From contig CAWIIB010000001.1 of NCBI GenBank assembly GCA_963836075.1, forward strand, positions 480,001 through 544,000: a stretch of DNA of 64,000 bases. Reading direction: 5' to 3'. This DNA comes from an uncultured Acidobacteriota bacterium. GTDB taxonomy: Bacteria > Acidobacteriota > JAQAZP01. The notes under the pieces are model-generated. The model ran no database searches, had not been told where the DNA came from, and saw nothing but the letters and a program-made list of their open reading frames with translations. The position numbers and the translations under genes were made by a program. Positions 1-9,911 of the stretch are shown here, in pieces; position 1 is the stretch's first letter, and the number at the start of each line of letters is the position of its first letter.

Positions 1-334
1 GCACCGCCTCGATCATTTCACCGGTAATCAGGGCGGACTCCGAGAAGCGCTCCGCACCATGCACCACCCGGTGGCCGATGCCGTCGATCTCGTCCATGCT
101 CCGCAGCACCCCGTGGTCGGCGTGGAGCAGATGCTCGAAGATCAGTGCGATGGCGGAGTCGTGATCCGCCACCTCGGTCTCGGTGCGGATCTCCGAAGCC
201 GCCTTGTAAGTCACGCGGGACACGGGCTCCCCGATCCGTTCCACGATGCCGCGGGCGATGGCCTGTTCTCCCTTCATTTCCAAAAGCTGAAACTTTACCG
301 AGGAACTTCCGCAGTTGAGAACCAGAATCTTCAT
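1..334 (-). CDS. ackA: Acetate kinase, 5' part (runs off the window start)
   Basis: Manual translation from ATG 334 gives MKILVLNCGSSSVKFQL...GHRVVHG, the acetate kinase signatures; GGAG RBS upstream. Not in the ORF track. Confidence 0.93.
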   Translation of the reverse strand, partial: MKILVLNCGSSSVKFQLLEMKGEQAIARGIVERIGEPVSRVTYKAASEIRTETEVADHDSAIALIFEHLLHADHGVLRSMDEIDGIGHRVVHGAERFSESALITGEMIEAV

Positions 335-617
335 TGACATCGCTCCGCAAAGAACATCCACCGGGATTCCCCAGCGGCCCAGGTCCCGGCCTCCGGGCCG
401 CCCGCAGGTTGGAGATCACCTTTCACCGCCCGCGGTGCGGCCATGACCGCCCCGCGGACCCGAGCAAGGCAGGCATTGTAACAATAGATACCTGCGAGTC
501 AAGTGCTTTCGTTCCATTGCCTGAATCTCGAGATTCGGTTATAACTAACAGCCTCCGCCGGCCCTGCTCAGCTGCGGACCGTGATGAAATTGGAAACCTA
601 ACTGAAAAGGTGAAGGC

Positions 618-2186
618 ATGATCAACCATCGTCCACTGACAACGCCCCTGGCGGCCGTTTTCCTTCTTTCCCTGCTGGCCCTCGGCGGGTGCAGCCAGAA
701 CCAGCTCTACGTGATCACCGACGAACCCGGCGGCACCTCCGTCGGCGGGGTGGCCCTCACCGACGCCGAAGTGAACATCCTGTCCTCCAGCGAGGCGGAA
801 GCGCGGGCCCTGCTGCTGGAAGGCCAGTATCTCCAGGCGGTGGAAGCCTACCGCCAGCAGCTGCCGATCCTGTCCGGCCACTTCATCACCGAATACAAGA
901 TCGGCGCGGCCTACGCCCACGCCGGAGATGTGGACCAGTCGCTGGACTGGCTGGAACAATCGGTGAAAAAGGGGTTCGCCAACGTTGGCAAACTGGACAC
1001 CGACCCGGCCCTGGTGGTTCTGCACGACGAGGAACGCGCGGTCCCCATCTACCGTGACACCCGGGAAAACATGATCGCCCTCCGTTCGAAGATCCAGCTG
1101 GATCCCTGGACCGGGACACCCGGGCCGGCGGCCAGCTTTGACGATCTGCCGACCCTGCTCGCGGCCTTCAGCAAAGAGGAAGAGCAACTGGCCAAGATTC
1201 AGGATGTCTTTTTCCCCCGTGAGGCCGCCCTGCGTAAAGTGCTGACCCACCGGGCCAAGGCCCAGGCGCTGGAAGCCTTCATCGCCTCCCCCGGCCGCGA
1301 TGCCGCGGAGGTTGAACAGGCCCAGGTGGAACTGCTGCGGGTCTATCGCGGACACACCCAGGGCCCCCGGCTCTCCGCTGTGGCCGAAGCCAGGCTTGAC
1401 GAAGGCTGCCGCAGCTACATCAATGAGTATCCCCAGGGCCGCTATCTGCCCGAAGTGCATTTAATCGATGCCGAGTATCGTTTTCTCAGCGGCCTGCGCA
1501 GCCTGGGCGGCCCGCGGCGGGAGGAGATTCCCCGAATCTGCGACGAGTTCCGCCGTGAGGCCGAAGCGATCATCGCCAGCGCGCCCCAGGACCCGGCGGC
1601 CGGCCTGGCCCTGGTCTGGCTCACCGAGCTCGATTTCGACCCGCGCTACGGCCAACGGGACCTGGACGGTGCGCTGGAAAAATACCGGCGGTTGGAAAGC
1701 GACTATTTCGCCATGCCCGCCGTGGCTCAGCAGGCGACCCGGATATCCGCCCTGGGGTTCTTCGACAAGGGCATTCCGGCATTCAAGGTGGCCGGCATCG
1801 ACGGCGAAACCATTTCCCTGGAGGACTACCAGGGTAAGATCCTCCTGCTCTATTTCTGGTCCACCACCTCGAATCCGGCCAAGGACGAGATGGCCAACCT
1901 GAAGTGGATCGAGGAAAAGTTCACTGACAGCGGTGTGGCCGTGGTGGGCGTGAGCCTGGACCAGGGCGATCTGCTCTCCATTGCCGATTTCTCCCGCTGG
2001 GTGGAGGCCAACAACATCTCCTGGCCCCAGTATTACGACGGCCGGGGCACGGACAACGAGCTGGCCCGTCTGTTCAACGTGACCACTGTCCCCTTTGTCT
2101 TCATCATCGACCGCGAGGGCACGCTGGCCGATGCCGGACTCACCGGCAAGGACCTGGAGCTGGCAGTTGCCGGCATCATCGACTGA
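618..2186 (+). CDS. Lipoprotein with TPR-like region and C-terminal TlpA/redoxin-like domain lacking CxxC
   Basis: Lipobox LALGGC. C-terminal ISLEDYQGKILLLYFWSTTSNPAKDEM...VPFVFIIDREG matches the TlpA fold pattern. Confidence 0.75.
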   Translation: MINHRPLTTPLAAVFLLSLLALGGCSQNQLYVITDEPGGTSVGGVALTDAEVNILSSSEAEARALLLEGQYLQAVEAYRQQLPILSGHFITEYKIGAAYAHAGDVDQSLDWLEQSVKKGFANVGKLDTDPALVVLHDEERAVPIYRDTRENMIALRSKIQLDPWTGTPGPAASFDDLPTLLAAFSKEEEQLAKIQDVFFPREAALRKVLTHRAKAQALEAFIASPGRDAAEVEQAQVELLRVYRGHTQGPRLSAVAEARLDEGCRSYINEYPQGRYLPEVHLIDAEYRFLSGLRSLGGPRREEIPRICDEFRREAEAIIASAPQDPAAGLALVWLTELDFDPRYGQRDLDGALEKYRRLESDYFAMPAVAQQATRISALGFFDKGIPAFKVAGIDGETISLEDYQGKILLLYFWSTTSNPAKDEMANLKWIEEKFTDSGVAVVGVSLDQGDLLSIADFSRWVEANNISWPQYYDGRGTDNELARLFNVTTVPFVFIIDREGTLADAGLTGKDLELAVAGIID

Positions 2187-2193
2187 TTCCCCG

Positions 2194-2820
2194 GTGCCGG
2201 CGGTCCGGTCAGGGCCGCCGGCTTTACTGCGGAGGCAGACCACAATCCGGATCCTCCACAAGCCATGCCGCAAGTTCGACGAGAGGCCGCCGGGTGTGCT
2301 GCCGGAGCTGATCGTCATCCATTTCTCGGCCACCAGGTCTGTGGGGGAGATCTTCGACATTTTCATCCACGGCCCCCACCCGGTCTCCTCCCACTACGTG
2401 ATCGACGACGACGGCACCGTTTTCCTGCTGGTGGACGAATCGAAACGGGCCTGGCATGCCGGGCGTTCGTCCCACCTCGGGCTCGTCGACGTGAACAGCC
2501 GCTCAATCGGCATCGAACTGCGCAATGCCGGGCGTCTCACTCCGGCCGGCGACGGCGCCCGGTTCTACACCGTCAACGGCCGGCTGTATCGGCCCCGCCA
2601 CCCGGCCCTGCTCGCCGAGGGGCACTGGTGGGAAAGCTTCGCCGATCAACAGTTGCTTTCCCTGGGCCAGCTGTGCCGGCAGATCTCCCGGCGCTACGAT
2701 ATTCCTGCCTCCGGTCTGGTGGGTCACGCCGAGGTGGCCACCCCTGCCGGACGAAAGATCGATCCGGGTCCGCTTTTCGACTGGGAGCGGCTGCGCGGCG
2801 ACGTCACATCTACCTGTTGA
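2194..2820 (+). CDS. N-acetylmuramoyl-L-alanine amidase (AmpD/Amidase_2 family)
   Basis: Motifs IVIH, SSHYVI, AWHAG, SIGIEL, GHAEV..RKIDPG. Start codon uncertain. Confidence 0.85.
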   Translation: MPAVRSGPPALLRRQTTIRILHKPCRKFDERPPGVLPELIVIHFSATRSVGEIFDIFIHGPHPVSSHYVIDDDGTVFLLVDESKRAWHAGRSSHLGLVDVNSRSIGIELRNAGRLTPAGDGARFYTVNGRLYRPRHPALLAEGHWWESFADQQLLSLGQLCRQISRRYDIPASGLVGHAEVATPAGRKIDPGPLFDWERLRGDVTSTC

Positions 2821-2877
2821 CCCGACACTTCTTTCTGCCGATAACATAGATGAGCAGCAGCTGCAGGGAGGAGATGT

Positions 2878-3678
2878 ATGGACGGGCAACGGCATGTGAT
2901 TATCGTCAGCGAGAATCCATACTACCGCGCTGTCTATCGCGAAACCCTGGCCGAAGCGGGTTTCACGGTGGACGACCAGGTGAGCCCGGAGCAGCTGGCG
3001 GAACACATCCAACAGACACAGAACACAAACCTCCTGCTGCTGGAACAGGACCTTTCGGAAACCAACGCGGTGCAACTGCTGCGGGAGTTGAACGATGCGG
3101 GGGTGAGCAACCCCAACCTGCGTACCGTTTGCCTGGTCGGCCAGTCGGTGGGCTCCCGCGCCCTGGACGAGTTGAAAGCCGCCGGCTTCTCCGGTGTCAT
3201 CCCGCTGGACGCCACGCCGGAGCTGATTGTCTTCCGGGTCAACGACCTGATCTTTTCCGAAGAGGTCAAACAGCGGAAGAACCTGCGCACCCCGGTTTCC
3301 ATTCCCGCCGAGGTGCGGCTGGGCAACCAGATCTCCGAGGGGCTGATCATCAGCCTCAGCAAACAGGGTCTGTTCCTCAAATCGAAGCGACCGCTGGCGG
3401 TCAACTCACTGATCGAATTGACCTTCATCCTGCCCGGCGACAGCCGGGACAACGGCACCCGGTTGCAGATTCCGGGTCGCATTACCCTGGTCAAGGGCAG
3501 CACCGGCCCCGTGGATATCTATTTCGGCCCGGGAATGGTGGTGATCTTCGAGGAAGCGGATGTCCGGATCGTGGAACTGCTGGACGACTTTGTCGCCGGT
3601 GAGCTGCGAAAGCTGCAGGGGCCCCGGGGTCAGGAAGAGGCGTTGCCCAACGCCTTGGAAACCATCTCCAGCAACTGA
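2878..3678 (+). CDS. Pseudo-receiver plus PilZ domain protein
   Basis: N-terminal REC-like fold; C-terminal RKNLR (RxxxR) and SLSKQG; GGAG RBS. Confidence 0.7.
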   Translation: MDGQRHVIIVSENPYYRAVYRETLAEAGFTVDDQVSPEQLAEHIQQTQNTNLLLLEQDLSETNAVQLLRELNDAGVSNPNLRTVCLVGQSVGSRALDELKAAGFSGVIPLDATPELIVFRVNDLIFSEEVKQRKNLRTPVSIPAEVRLGNQISEGLIISLSKQGLFLKSKRPLAVNSLIELTFILPGDSRDNGTRLQIPGRITLVKGSTGPVDIYFGPGMVVIFEEADVRIVELLDDFVAGELRKLQGPRGQEEALPNALETISSN

Positions 3679-4211
3679 CCCTCGTCAAAAGGTTTGAACA
3701 GCAACTGATCGGCTCCGGCGGCCAGGATCTCGTCCCGGTCGTCATCGTTGAGAAAACCGGTGATCACAATGATCTTGATCTGCCGGGTGTTCTCGTTGGC
3801 CCTGATCCGGCGGCAGATCTCCAGCCCGTCCACCCAGGGGATGTTGACGTCGAGCACCATCACGTGCGGCTGGAAAATACCCATTTTCATCAGCGCGTCG
3901 ATGCCGTCGTTGGAGAACTCGCAGATGCACTCCAGAACGCTCTCCTCGAGGGATTTCTGGATGAACCGGCGCACCACCATCTCGTCGTCCACCACCAGAA
4001 TGCGCGGGGTGGATATGCCCCCGGCAGTGTATCTGGGGAGGCCGTTATCTTCGATGAACTTGACCAGGTCCGTCTCGCGGATTCGGCGATGCCCGCCGGG
4101 AGTCTTGTATGATTCGAGACGGCCAGCCTCAATCCAGCGGATGATCGTCACCGGCGCCACATGGCATATCTTCGCTGCCTGAAACGTGGAAAAGACTTTC
4201 CCATCATTCAT
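3630..4211 (-). CDS. Response regulator with excisionase-type HTH plus receiver domain
   Basis: STFQAAKIC..TIIRWI..KTPGGHRRI, followed by VVDDE, LDVNIP, DG and FKPF; GAGGAGG RBS. Confidence 0.88.
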   Translation of the reverse strand: MNDGKVFSTFQAAKICHVAPVTIIRWIEAGRLESYKTPGGHRRIRETDLVKFIEDNGLPRYTAGGISTPRILVVDDEMVVRRFIQKSLEESVLECICEFSNDGIDALMKMGIFQPHVMVLDVNIPWVDGLEICRRIRANENTRQIKIIVITGFLNDDDRDEILAAGADQLLFKPFDEGQLLEMVSKALGNASS

Positions 4212-4484
4212 GCCGGTCGTACCTCCTCAAAACTGATGACACCCCATCCTGGTCAAGCCATCAAAGTTCCCAAAAGTAACTGCCCATCATCTTCAACTGG
4301 ATAATTTTATAATAATGCGGTTATTTTTTTAAACCTAACATCTTTTCGCAACGATTTCAAGTGATATGGTGATTATACTTCACATTACGCTCAAATCCCT
4401 CCATGGTTGTTTTAGGCTGTGGCGGAATGGTACACTTTGCATTGAACATCCTGCTTTGAGCTGGTGGGGAAAAGGAAAAGAGAC

Positions 4485-5228
4485 ATGGGTGAAACAAAAA
4501 AAGTCGTCCTGGTCACCGGTGGCGCCAGGCGCCTGGGAAGGCAGATTTCACTGGCCCTGGCCGAACAGGGCTATGCGGTGGCGGTGAACCACAGCGGCAG
4601 CGATGAGATGGCCCGCCGGACCGTTGACCAGATCCGCGGCCAGGGCGGCGATGCCGGTGCCTTCCGTGCGGATGTTTCGGATCTCTCCCAGGTGGCAGCC
4701 ATGGTGGCCGAGGTCGAAGAGACCCTGGGCCCGGTGACCCTGCTGGTGAACAATGCGGCGGTGATACCCCCTTCCTCCTTCGACCAGTTGGACGAGGAGG
4801 TCTGGTCCGCCACCCTGGGGGTCAACCTGGACGGCACGTTTCACTGCTGCCGTGAGCTGGGCCGCCGGATGCAGGAGCGCGGCGGCGGGGCTATCGTCAA
4901 CATCGCCTGTCTCGGCGCCTTTCAGCCATGGCACAAACACATCGCCTACTCGGTCTCCAAGGCCGGAGTGGTGATGCTCACCCGCTGCCTGGCCAAGGCC
5001 CTGGCCCCCGCCGTGCGGGTCAACGCGGTGGCCCCCGGCACCGTGGACGTGGCCGAGGAACCGTCGCCCACCGCCATCACCCCGTCCGCCGACACCATCC
5101 CGATGCAGCGCTACGCCTCCCCCTCGGACATCGCCGGTGCGGTGCTCTACCTCGCCGACGGCACATCATACGTCACCGGCCAGACCCTGCTGGTGGACGG
5201 CGGCACTTCCCTGCAATCCATCTGGTGA
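4485..5228 (+). CDS. SDR oxidoreductase (pteridine reductase/FolM-like)
   Basis: TGGARRLG, NNAA, YSVSK, VNAVAPG, VTGQTLLVDGG. Confidence 0.85.
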   Translation: MGETKKVVLVTGGARRLGRQISLALAEQGYAVAVNHSGSDEMARRTVDQIRGQGGDAGAFRADVSDLSQVAAMVAEVEETLGPVTLLVNNAAVIPPSSFDQLDEEVWSATLGVNLDGTFHCCRELGRRMQERGGGAIVNIACLGAFQPWHKHIAYSVSKAGVVMLTRCLAKALAPAVRVNAVAPGTVDVAEEPSPTAITPSADTIPMQRYASPSDIAGAVLYLADGTSYVTGQTLLVDGGTSLQSIW

Positions 5229-5354
5229 GCGTGGCGGCCTGGTCCGGCCTGAAATTGCAACCTACTGAACGGCTATGGTATCGTCCCTTTTTTCAAAGGA
5301 ACCGTGTATGTTCTGAACGACCGTTTTCAGAGAAATCATAGTAAGGAGAAGAGC

Positions 5355-6338
5355 ATGGGCGCAAAAGAAATCAAGAACATCCTGGTCACCGGGTCGGTGG
5401 GACAGATCGGGTCGGAACTCACCCTGGAGCTTCGCCAGCGTTACGGCGCCGACAATGTGGTGGCCTGCGGACGGAAAACCAAGCCGTCAAAGGAACTGGA
5501 GGAGTCGGGCCCCTTCGAGTACGCTGACGTCACCGATCCCGAAAAGCTGAAAGCGGTCTGCCAGAAGTACAACACGGACACCATCATCAACATGGCCGCC
5601 ATCCTCTCCGCCACCGGAGAGCAGAACCCGCTGCTGGCCTGGCACGTCAATGTCACCGGACTGATCAACACCCTCGAACTGGCCCGGGAACTGGAACTGA
5701 CCCAGGTCCTCTGCCCCAGCTCCATCGCCGTCTTCGGCGCCGGCTGCCCGCGGGAGAACACACCCCAGGAAACGGTGCTCAAACCGACCACGATGTACGG
5801 GGTGAGCAAGGTCACCGGCGAACTGCTCTGCGACTACTATGTCAGGCGCTTCGGTGTCGACGCCCGTGGGCTGCGCTACCCCGGCATTATTTCCGCCGAG
5901 ACGCTGCCCGGCGGCGGCACCACCGATTACGCCGTGGAGATCTACTACAAGGCCGTCTCAGAGAAGAAATACACCTGCTTCGTCAAGGAGGACACCCGGC
6001 TGCCGATGATGTACATGCCCGACTGCATCAAGGGCACCATCGACCTGATGGAAGCGCCCTTCGACAATCTGGAGCACCATGGCGACTTCAACATGTCGTC
6101 GATGAGTTTCTCGGTGGCCGAGCTGGCCGACTCCATCCGCAAGTACATCCCCGATTTCGAGGTGGTCTACGAGCCGGACTACCGCCAGGCCATCGCCGAC
6201 TCCTGGCCCCAGTCCATCGACGACTCCGCGGCGCGCAAGGAGTGGGGCTGGAAGCCGAGCTTCGACCTGGACACCATGACCCGGGACATGCTGGAGAAAC
6301 TGGGCAAGCGCCACGAGGCGGGCACGCTCTACCGGTAA
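5355..6338 (+). CDS. L-threonine 3-dehydrogenase (extended SDR type)
   Basis: GSVGQIG, AAILSA, PTTMYGVSK, PGGGTTDYA, RQAIADSWP, typical of SDR-type TDH; AAGGAG RBS. Confidence 0.85.
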   Translation: MGAKEIKNILVTGSVGQIGSELTLELRQRYGADNVVACGRKTKPSKELEESGPFEYADVTDPEKLKAVCQKYNTDTIINMAAILSATGEQNPLLAWHVNVTGLINTLELARELELTQVLCPSSIAVFGAGCPRENTPQETVLKPTTMYGVSKVTGELLCDYYVRRFGVDARGLRYPGIISAETLPGGGTTDYAVEIYYKAVSEKKYTCFVKEDTRLPMMYMPDCIKGTIDLMEAPFDNLEHHGDFNMSSMSFSVAELADSIRKYIPDFEVVYEPDYRQAIADSWPQSIDDSAARKEWGWKPSFDLDTMTRDMLEKLGKRHEAGTLYR

Positions 6339-6351
6339 CGACAGGACAGGC

Positions 6352-6398
6352 AAAAAAAGGGGACAGCCACCAAGGCGTGGCAGTCCCCATTTTTTTCC
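6352..6398. terminator. Bidirectional terminator-like hairpin (GGGGACAG family)
   Basis: A7-GGGGACAGCCAC...GTGGCAGTCCCC-A-T8 between convergent genes. Confidence 0.8.
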
Positions 6399-6405
6399 CT
6401 GTTTT

Positions 6406-9400
6406 CTACTCCGTAACCTTCTTCTTCACCGGATAGGCTGGGATGTCGGGCAGGCCAGCCGGCTGCTCTCTGATCTGCTCCATCAGCAGGTCGATGGCCG
6501 CCTGCAGCTGGGCATCGGTGCCGCGCAGCACGTCGCCCGGCATGTTCTGCACCTCCAGGTCAGGCTCCACGCCATGTCCTTCCACCAGCCAGGTGCGGTC
6601 GGTGCCCAGCAGGCCGAATTGCGGCGGCGTTGTGCCCCCGCCGTCCATGAAGCCCTGGTGCGGTTCGATACCCACCGTTCCGCCCCAGGTGCGCATGCCG
6701 ATGATGGTGGCCAGCTCCTTGCGCTTGAGCGCCTCGGCAAAGAACTCGCCGTTGGAGCCGGTGTCCTCGTTGATCAGCACGGCCAGCTTGTCGCTGCCCA
6801 CCCGTTCGGGGTTGCGGCCCGGGCCGCCTTCCCGGGGAACGGTGAAGCTCCAGATCTTCCGTTCCAGGCGGTCGATGATCATGTCGCCGACGAAGCCGCC
6901 GCCGTTGTACCGTTCGTCGATGATCATCGCCTGCTTGTCCACCTGGGGATAGAAGGCCCGGGCAAACTCGATCAGACCCCGCTCCCCCATGTCCGGAATA
7001 TGCAGGTACCCGATGGCGCCGCCGCTGGCCTGGTCCACCAGCGCCCGTCGTGACTCCACCCACTGGCGGTAACGGATCGACCGCTCGCTGCGCAGGGGAG
7101 TGACCAGCCACTGTTTTGCCCCGTCGGCGGTGGGCGAAGAGTTCCAGGTGAGGCGCACCGGGTTGCCCGCGGTGTCGAGGAATGCGGAGTAGATGTTGTC
7201 CGAATCGGTCACCGGCTGGCCGTTGACCGCGATGATGTAGTCGCCCTCCCTGATCGGGCAGCCCGGTTCGTCAAGCGGCGACCGCTCGGAGGAGCGCCAG
7301 GGGGTTCCGGGAATGATCCGCTGGATGCGGTGAAAACCCTTGCCGGACGATTCGGCATAGTCCACCCCCAGCAGCCCCACCGACACGGTGGGAGCGCCAC
7401 GGCCCATGTCCCCGCCGAAAATGTAGGTGTGGCCGATGTTCAACTCCCCGATCATCTCTCCGATGAGATAGTTCAGATCTCCGCGGTTGCCGCACCAGGG
7501 GAGCAGGACCCGGTATTTCTCGCCCATGGCCTCCCAGTTCAGACCGTGCATGTCGGGGTCGTAGAACCAGTCACGCTGGATCCGCCACGCCTCGTTGAAG
7601 ATCTGCAGGAACTCTTCACCGCGGTCCACCCGCAGCCGGATGGTGTCCAGATCCACACGCCCGTCACCCTCCTTGGCCTCCTCGCCGGCGTCGATGACGC
7701 CGAAGCGGTTGCCGTAGCGGTAGACCAGCTTCTCGCGGTCGGCCGAAAGGTGGTAGTTGCGGACACCGGTGAGCAGGGTTTTGGCCTCCCGGTCCTCGAT
7801 GACATAGCGCCGCAGTTCCAGCGCGCCGCCGGTGAGATCGCTGACGTTCTGATACTTGATGAACTCCCGCTCGGTTTTGTCGAGGAACAGGAAGCCGTCC
7901 TCCAGTGCCTCCAGGCGGAAGTAGTTGCCCGCGGAAACCCCCTCGGCGGCCACGGTGCGCCGTTCGAAATCGCCGGTGTCAATCACCACCGGCTCCGGCT
8001 CGCCGTCCGTATCGTCATCCCCGTCCTCTTCGCCCTCGTCCTCATCCCCGCCGTTCCCCTGCTCCAGAAACTCTTCCGGGGCAAAGGGCGACCGCAGGTC
8101 GTCCTGCAGCAGCAGCAGGTAGGGCCGGGCCATGTCGAGATAGATGTGGTTCTGGTCCACCAGGCCCATCTGCGGGGCAAAGGTGCGGTTGGAGAGAAAG
8201 TAGAGATACCGTCCCTCGGGGTCGAAGGAGGGGCTCCAGTCGGTGGTCATCTCGCCGGTCACCTGGTGTTTCTTGCCCGACTGCAGATCATGGAGCCAGA
8301 TGCTCTCGTGCAGGTTGCCCCCCATGCGGGTGTAGGCGATCCAGCGGCTGTCCGGGGACCAGGTGTAGTCCTGGATGCCCCAGCGCTCCCAGGCGTCGTC
8401 AAAGAGCCCCTGGTCGATCACCGACAGGCTGCCGCTCTCCACCTCCAGCAGGTTCAGCCGCATGAACTTGTCGGAGAAGAGCAGGTATCTGCTGTCCGGG
8501 GACCAGACCGGCTGCATGCGGAACCCCAGCCCGCCCCGGGAGACCTGGCGCCACTCGCCGCCCTTCTGGCTCACCAGGTAGATCTCCTCCTCGCCGCTGC
8601 GGTCGGAGATGAAGGCGATCCATTCCCCGTCCGGCGACCAGGCGCCGTTCTTTTCCCGCGAAGCCGAGGTGGCGGTGAGGTTCACCGGCAGCCCCTTCCC
8701 CTTCTCGTCGGCGGGCAGATTGACCAGTTCGCCCCGCACCTCCAGCAGCAAACGCGCCCCGGAGGGCGAGAGGCTGAAGGAACCGAAGTTGTCGTCGAGA
8801 GGGACGTATTCCGGCCTCAAAGGCACCCGGTCACTGGGGATGTTCACCGGCACCTGGACGGCACTCCCCTGCTCCAAATCGAAGAGATGCAGCGCCTCGC
8901 CGTACTGGTAGACGATGGCCCCGGGGCCGATGGAGGGATACTTGACGTCGTAGTCCTGGTAGTGGGTCAGCCGTGTGACGTTGTCGCCGGAGGGGTCGCA
9001 GCGATAGAGGTTCAGCGTCCCGTCCTCGCGGTCCGAGGTGAAGTAGATGGCGTCCCCCTGCCACATGGGGTAGTTGTCGGTGCCGGTCCAGTCGGTGACC
9101 GGCCGGTAATCCATCTCCTCCATGCTGCCCAGCCAGATGTTCTGGGCCATGCCGCCGCGATACCGTTTCCAGGTGCGGTCCTCGCGAGAGATCCGGTTGT
9201 AGGCGATGCTGGTTCCGTCGGGCGACACGGCACTGAGGCCGGCGCGGTCCACCGGCAGGGCTTTGGGCATCCCCCCATCCTTGATCGCCACGGTGTAGAC
9301 CCGCTCACCGCCCTGGGCCATCTCACGGCCCGAGCGGAAGTAGACTTCGCCCCCGCCGGGCATCCAGCCCAGCACCCGGTCCCGGGAGGGATGGAAGGTC

Positions 9401-9726
9401 AGCCGCTCCGGCACCCCTCCGCCGGACGGCATGAGGTAGACGTCGCTGCCCCCGTCGTAGCTGCCGGTGAAGGCGATCCACTGGCCGTCGGGGCTGAACT
9501 TGGCGTAGCGTTCAACACCGGGATGACGGGTGATCCTGCGGGCATCACCGCCTTCCGTGGAGACCAGCCACAGGTCATCCTCGTAGGTGAAAACGATCTG
9601 GTCTCCGTGGACATCAGCATGGCGCATCAGCCGGGCATCGCCGGCCAGCACCGGCAGTGTGGCGATCAGGAGACAGGCCGCGGCCAGCACCAGGGGCATC
9701 ACTCTTCTGTTCACGATATCCTCCAC
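6406..9726 (-). CDS. Tricorn protease homologue (S41B, beta-propellers plus PDZ), secreted
   Basis: Signal peptide; WD/TolB-like repeats; IGELNIGHTY, IIDERYNGGG, GSNGE, IGMRTWGG, EGHGVEPD. Confidence 0.93.
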   Translation of the reverse strand: MEDIVNRRVMPLVLAAACLLIATLPVLAGDARLMRHADVHGDQIVFTYEDDLWLVSTEGGDARRITRHPGVERYAKFSPDGQWIAFTGSYDGGSDVYLMPSGGGVPERLTFHPSRDRVLGWMPGGGEVYFRSGREMAQGGERVYTVAIKDGGMPKALPVDRAGLSAVSPDGTSIAYNRISREDRTWKRYRGGMAQNIWLGSMEEMDYRPVTDWTGTDNYPMWQGDAIYFTSDREDGTLNLYRCDPSGDNVTRLTHYQDYDVKYPSIGPGAIVYQYGEALHLFDLEQGSAVQVPVNIPSDRVPLRPEYVPLDDNFGSFSLSPSGARLLLEVRGELVNLPADEKGKGLPVNLTATSASREKNGAWSPDGEWIAFISDRSGEEEIYLVSQKGGEWRQVSRGGLGFRMQPVWSPDSRYLLFSDKFMRLNLLEVESGSLSVIDQGLFDDAWERWGIQDYTWSPDSRWIAYTRMGGNLHESIWLHDLQSGKKHQVTGEMTTDWSPSFDPEGRYLYFLSNRTFAPQMGLVDQNHIYLDMARPYLLLLQDDLRSPFAPEEFLEQGNGGDEDEGEEDGDDDTDGEPEPVVIDTGDFERRTVAAEGVSAGNYFRLEALEDGFLFLDKTEREFIKYQNVSDLTGGALELRRYVIEDREAKTLLTGVRNYHLSADREKLVYRYGNRFGVIDAGEEAKEGDGRVDLDTIRLRVDRGEEFLQIFNEAWRIQRDWFYDPDMHGLNWEAMGEKYRVLLPWCGNRGDLNYLIGEMIGELNIGHTYIFGGDMGRGAPTVSVGLLGVDYAESSGKGFHRIQRIIPGTPWRSSERSPLDEPGCPIREGDYIIAVNGQPVTDSDNIYSAFLDTAGNPVRLTWNSSPTADGAKQWLVTPLRSERSIRYRQWVESRRALVDQASGGAIGYLHIPDMGERGLIEFARAFYPQVDKQAMIIDERYNGGGFVGDMIIDRLERKIWSFTVPREGGPGRNPERVGSDKLAVLINEDTGSNGEFFAEALKRKELATIIGMRTWGGTVGIEPHQGFMDGGGTTPPQFGLLGTDRTWLVEGHGVEPDLEVQNMPGDVLRGTDAQLQAAIDLLMEQIREQPAGLPDIPAYPVKKKVTE

Positions 9727-9911
9727 GTCTGTGGGGTTGCGGCCCGGGTGTGGGCCGGTTCCGAGGTTCCATGTCCAGGGGCGGCTCGATCGCGGCCGCC
9801 ATTCTGTAATCTCAACGCAGGCCGCTGCCGCTTGTTCGCTGGTAAAATTCTACCTATACTTGATGCGACGTGCCAGCCCGGAAGTTTTCCAGCATTCACC
9901 ATGAGAGATTC

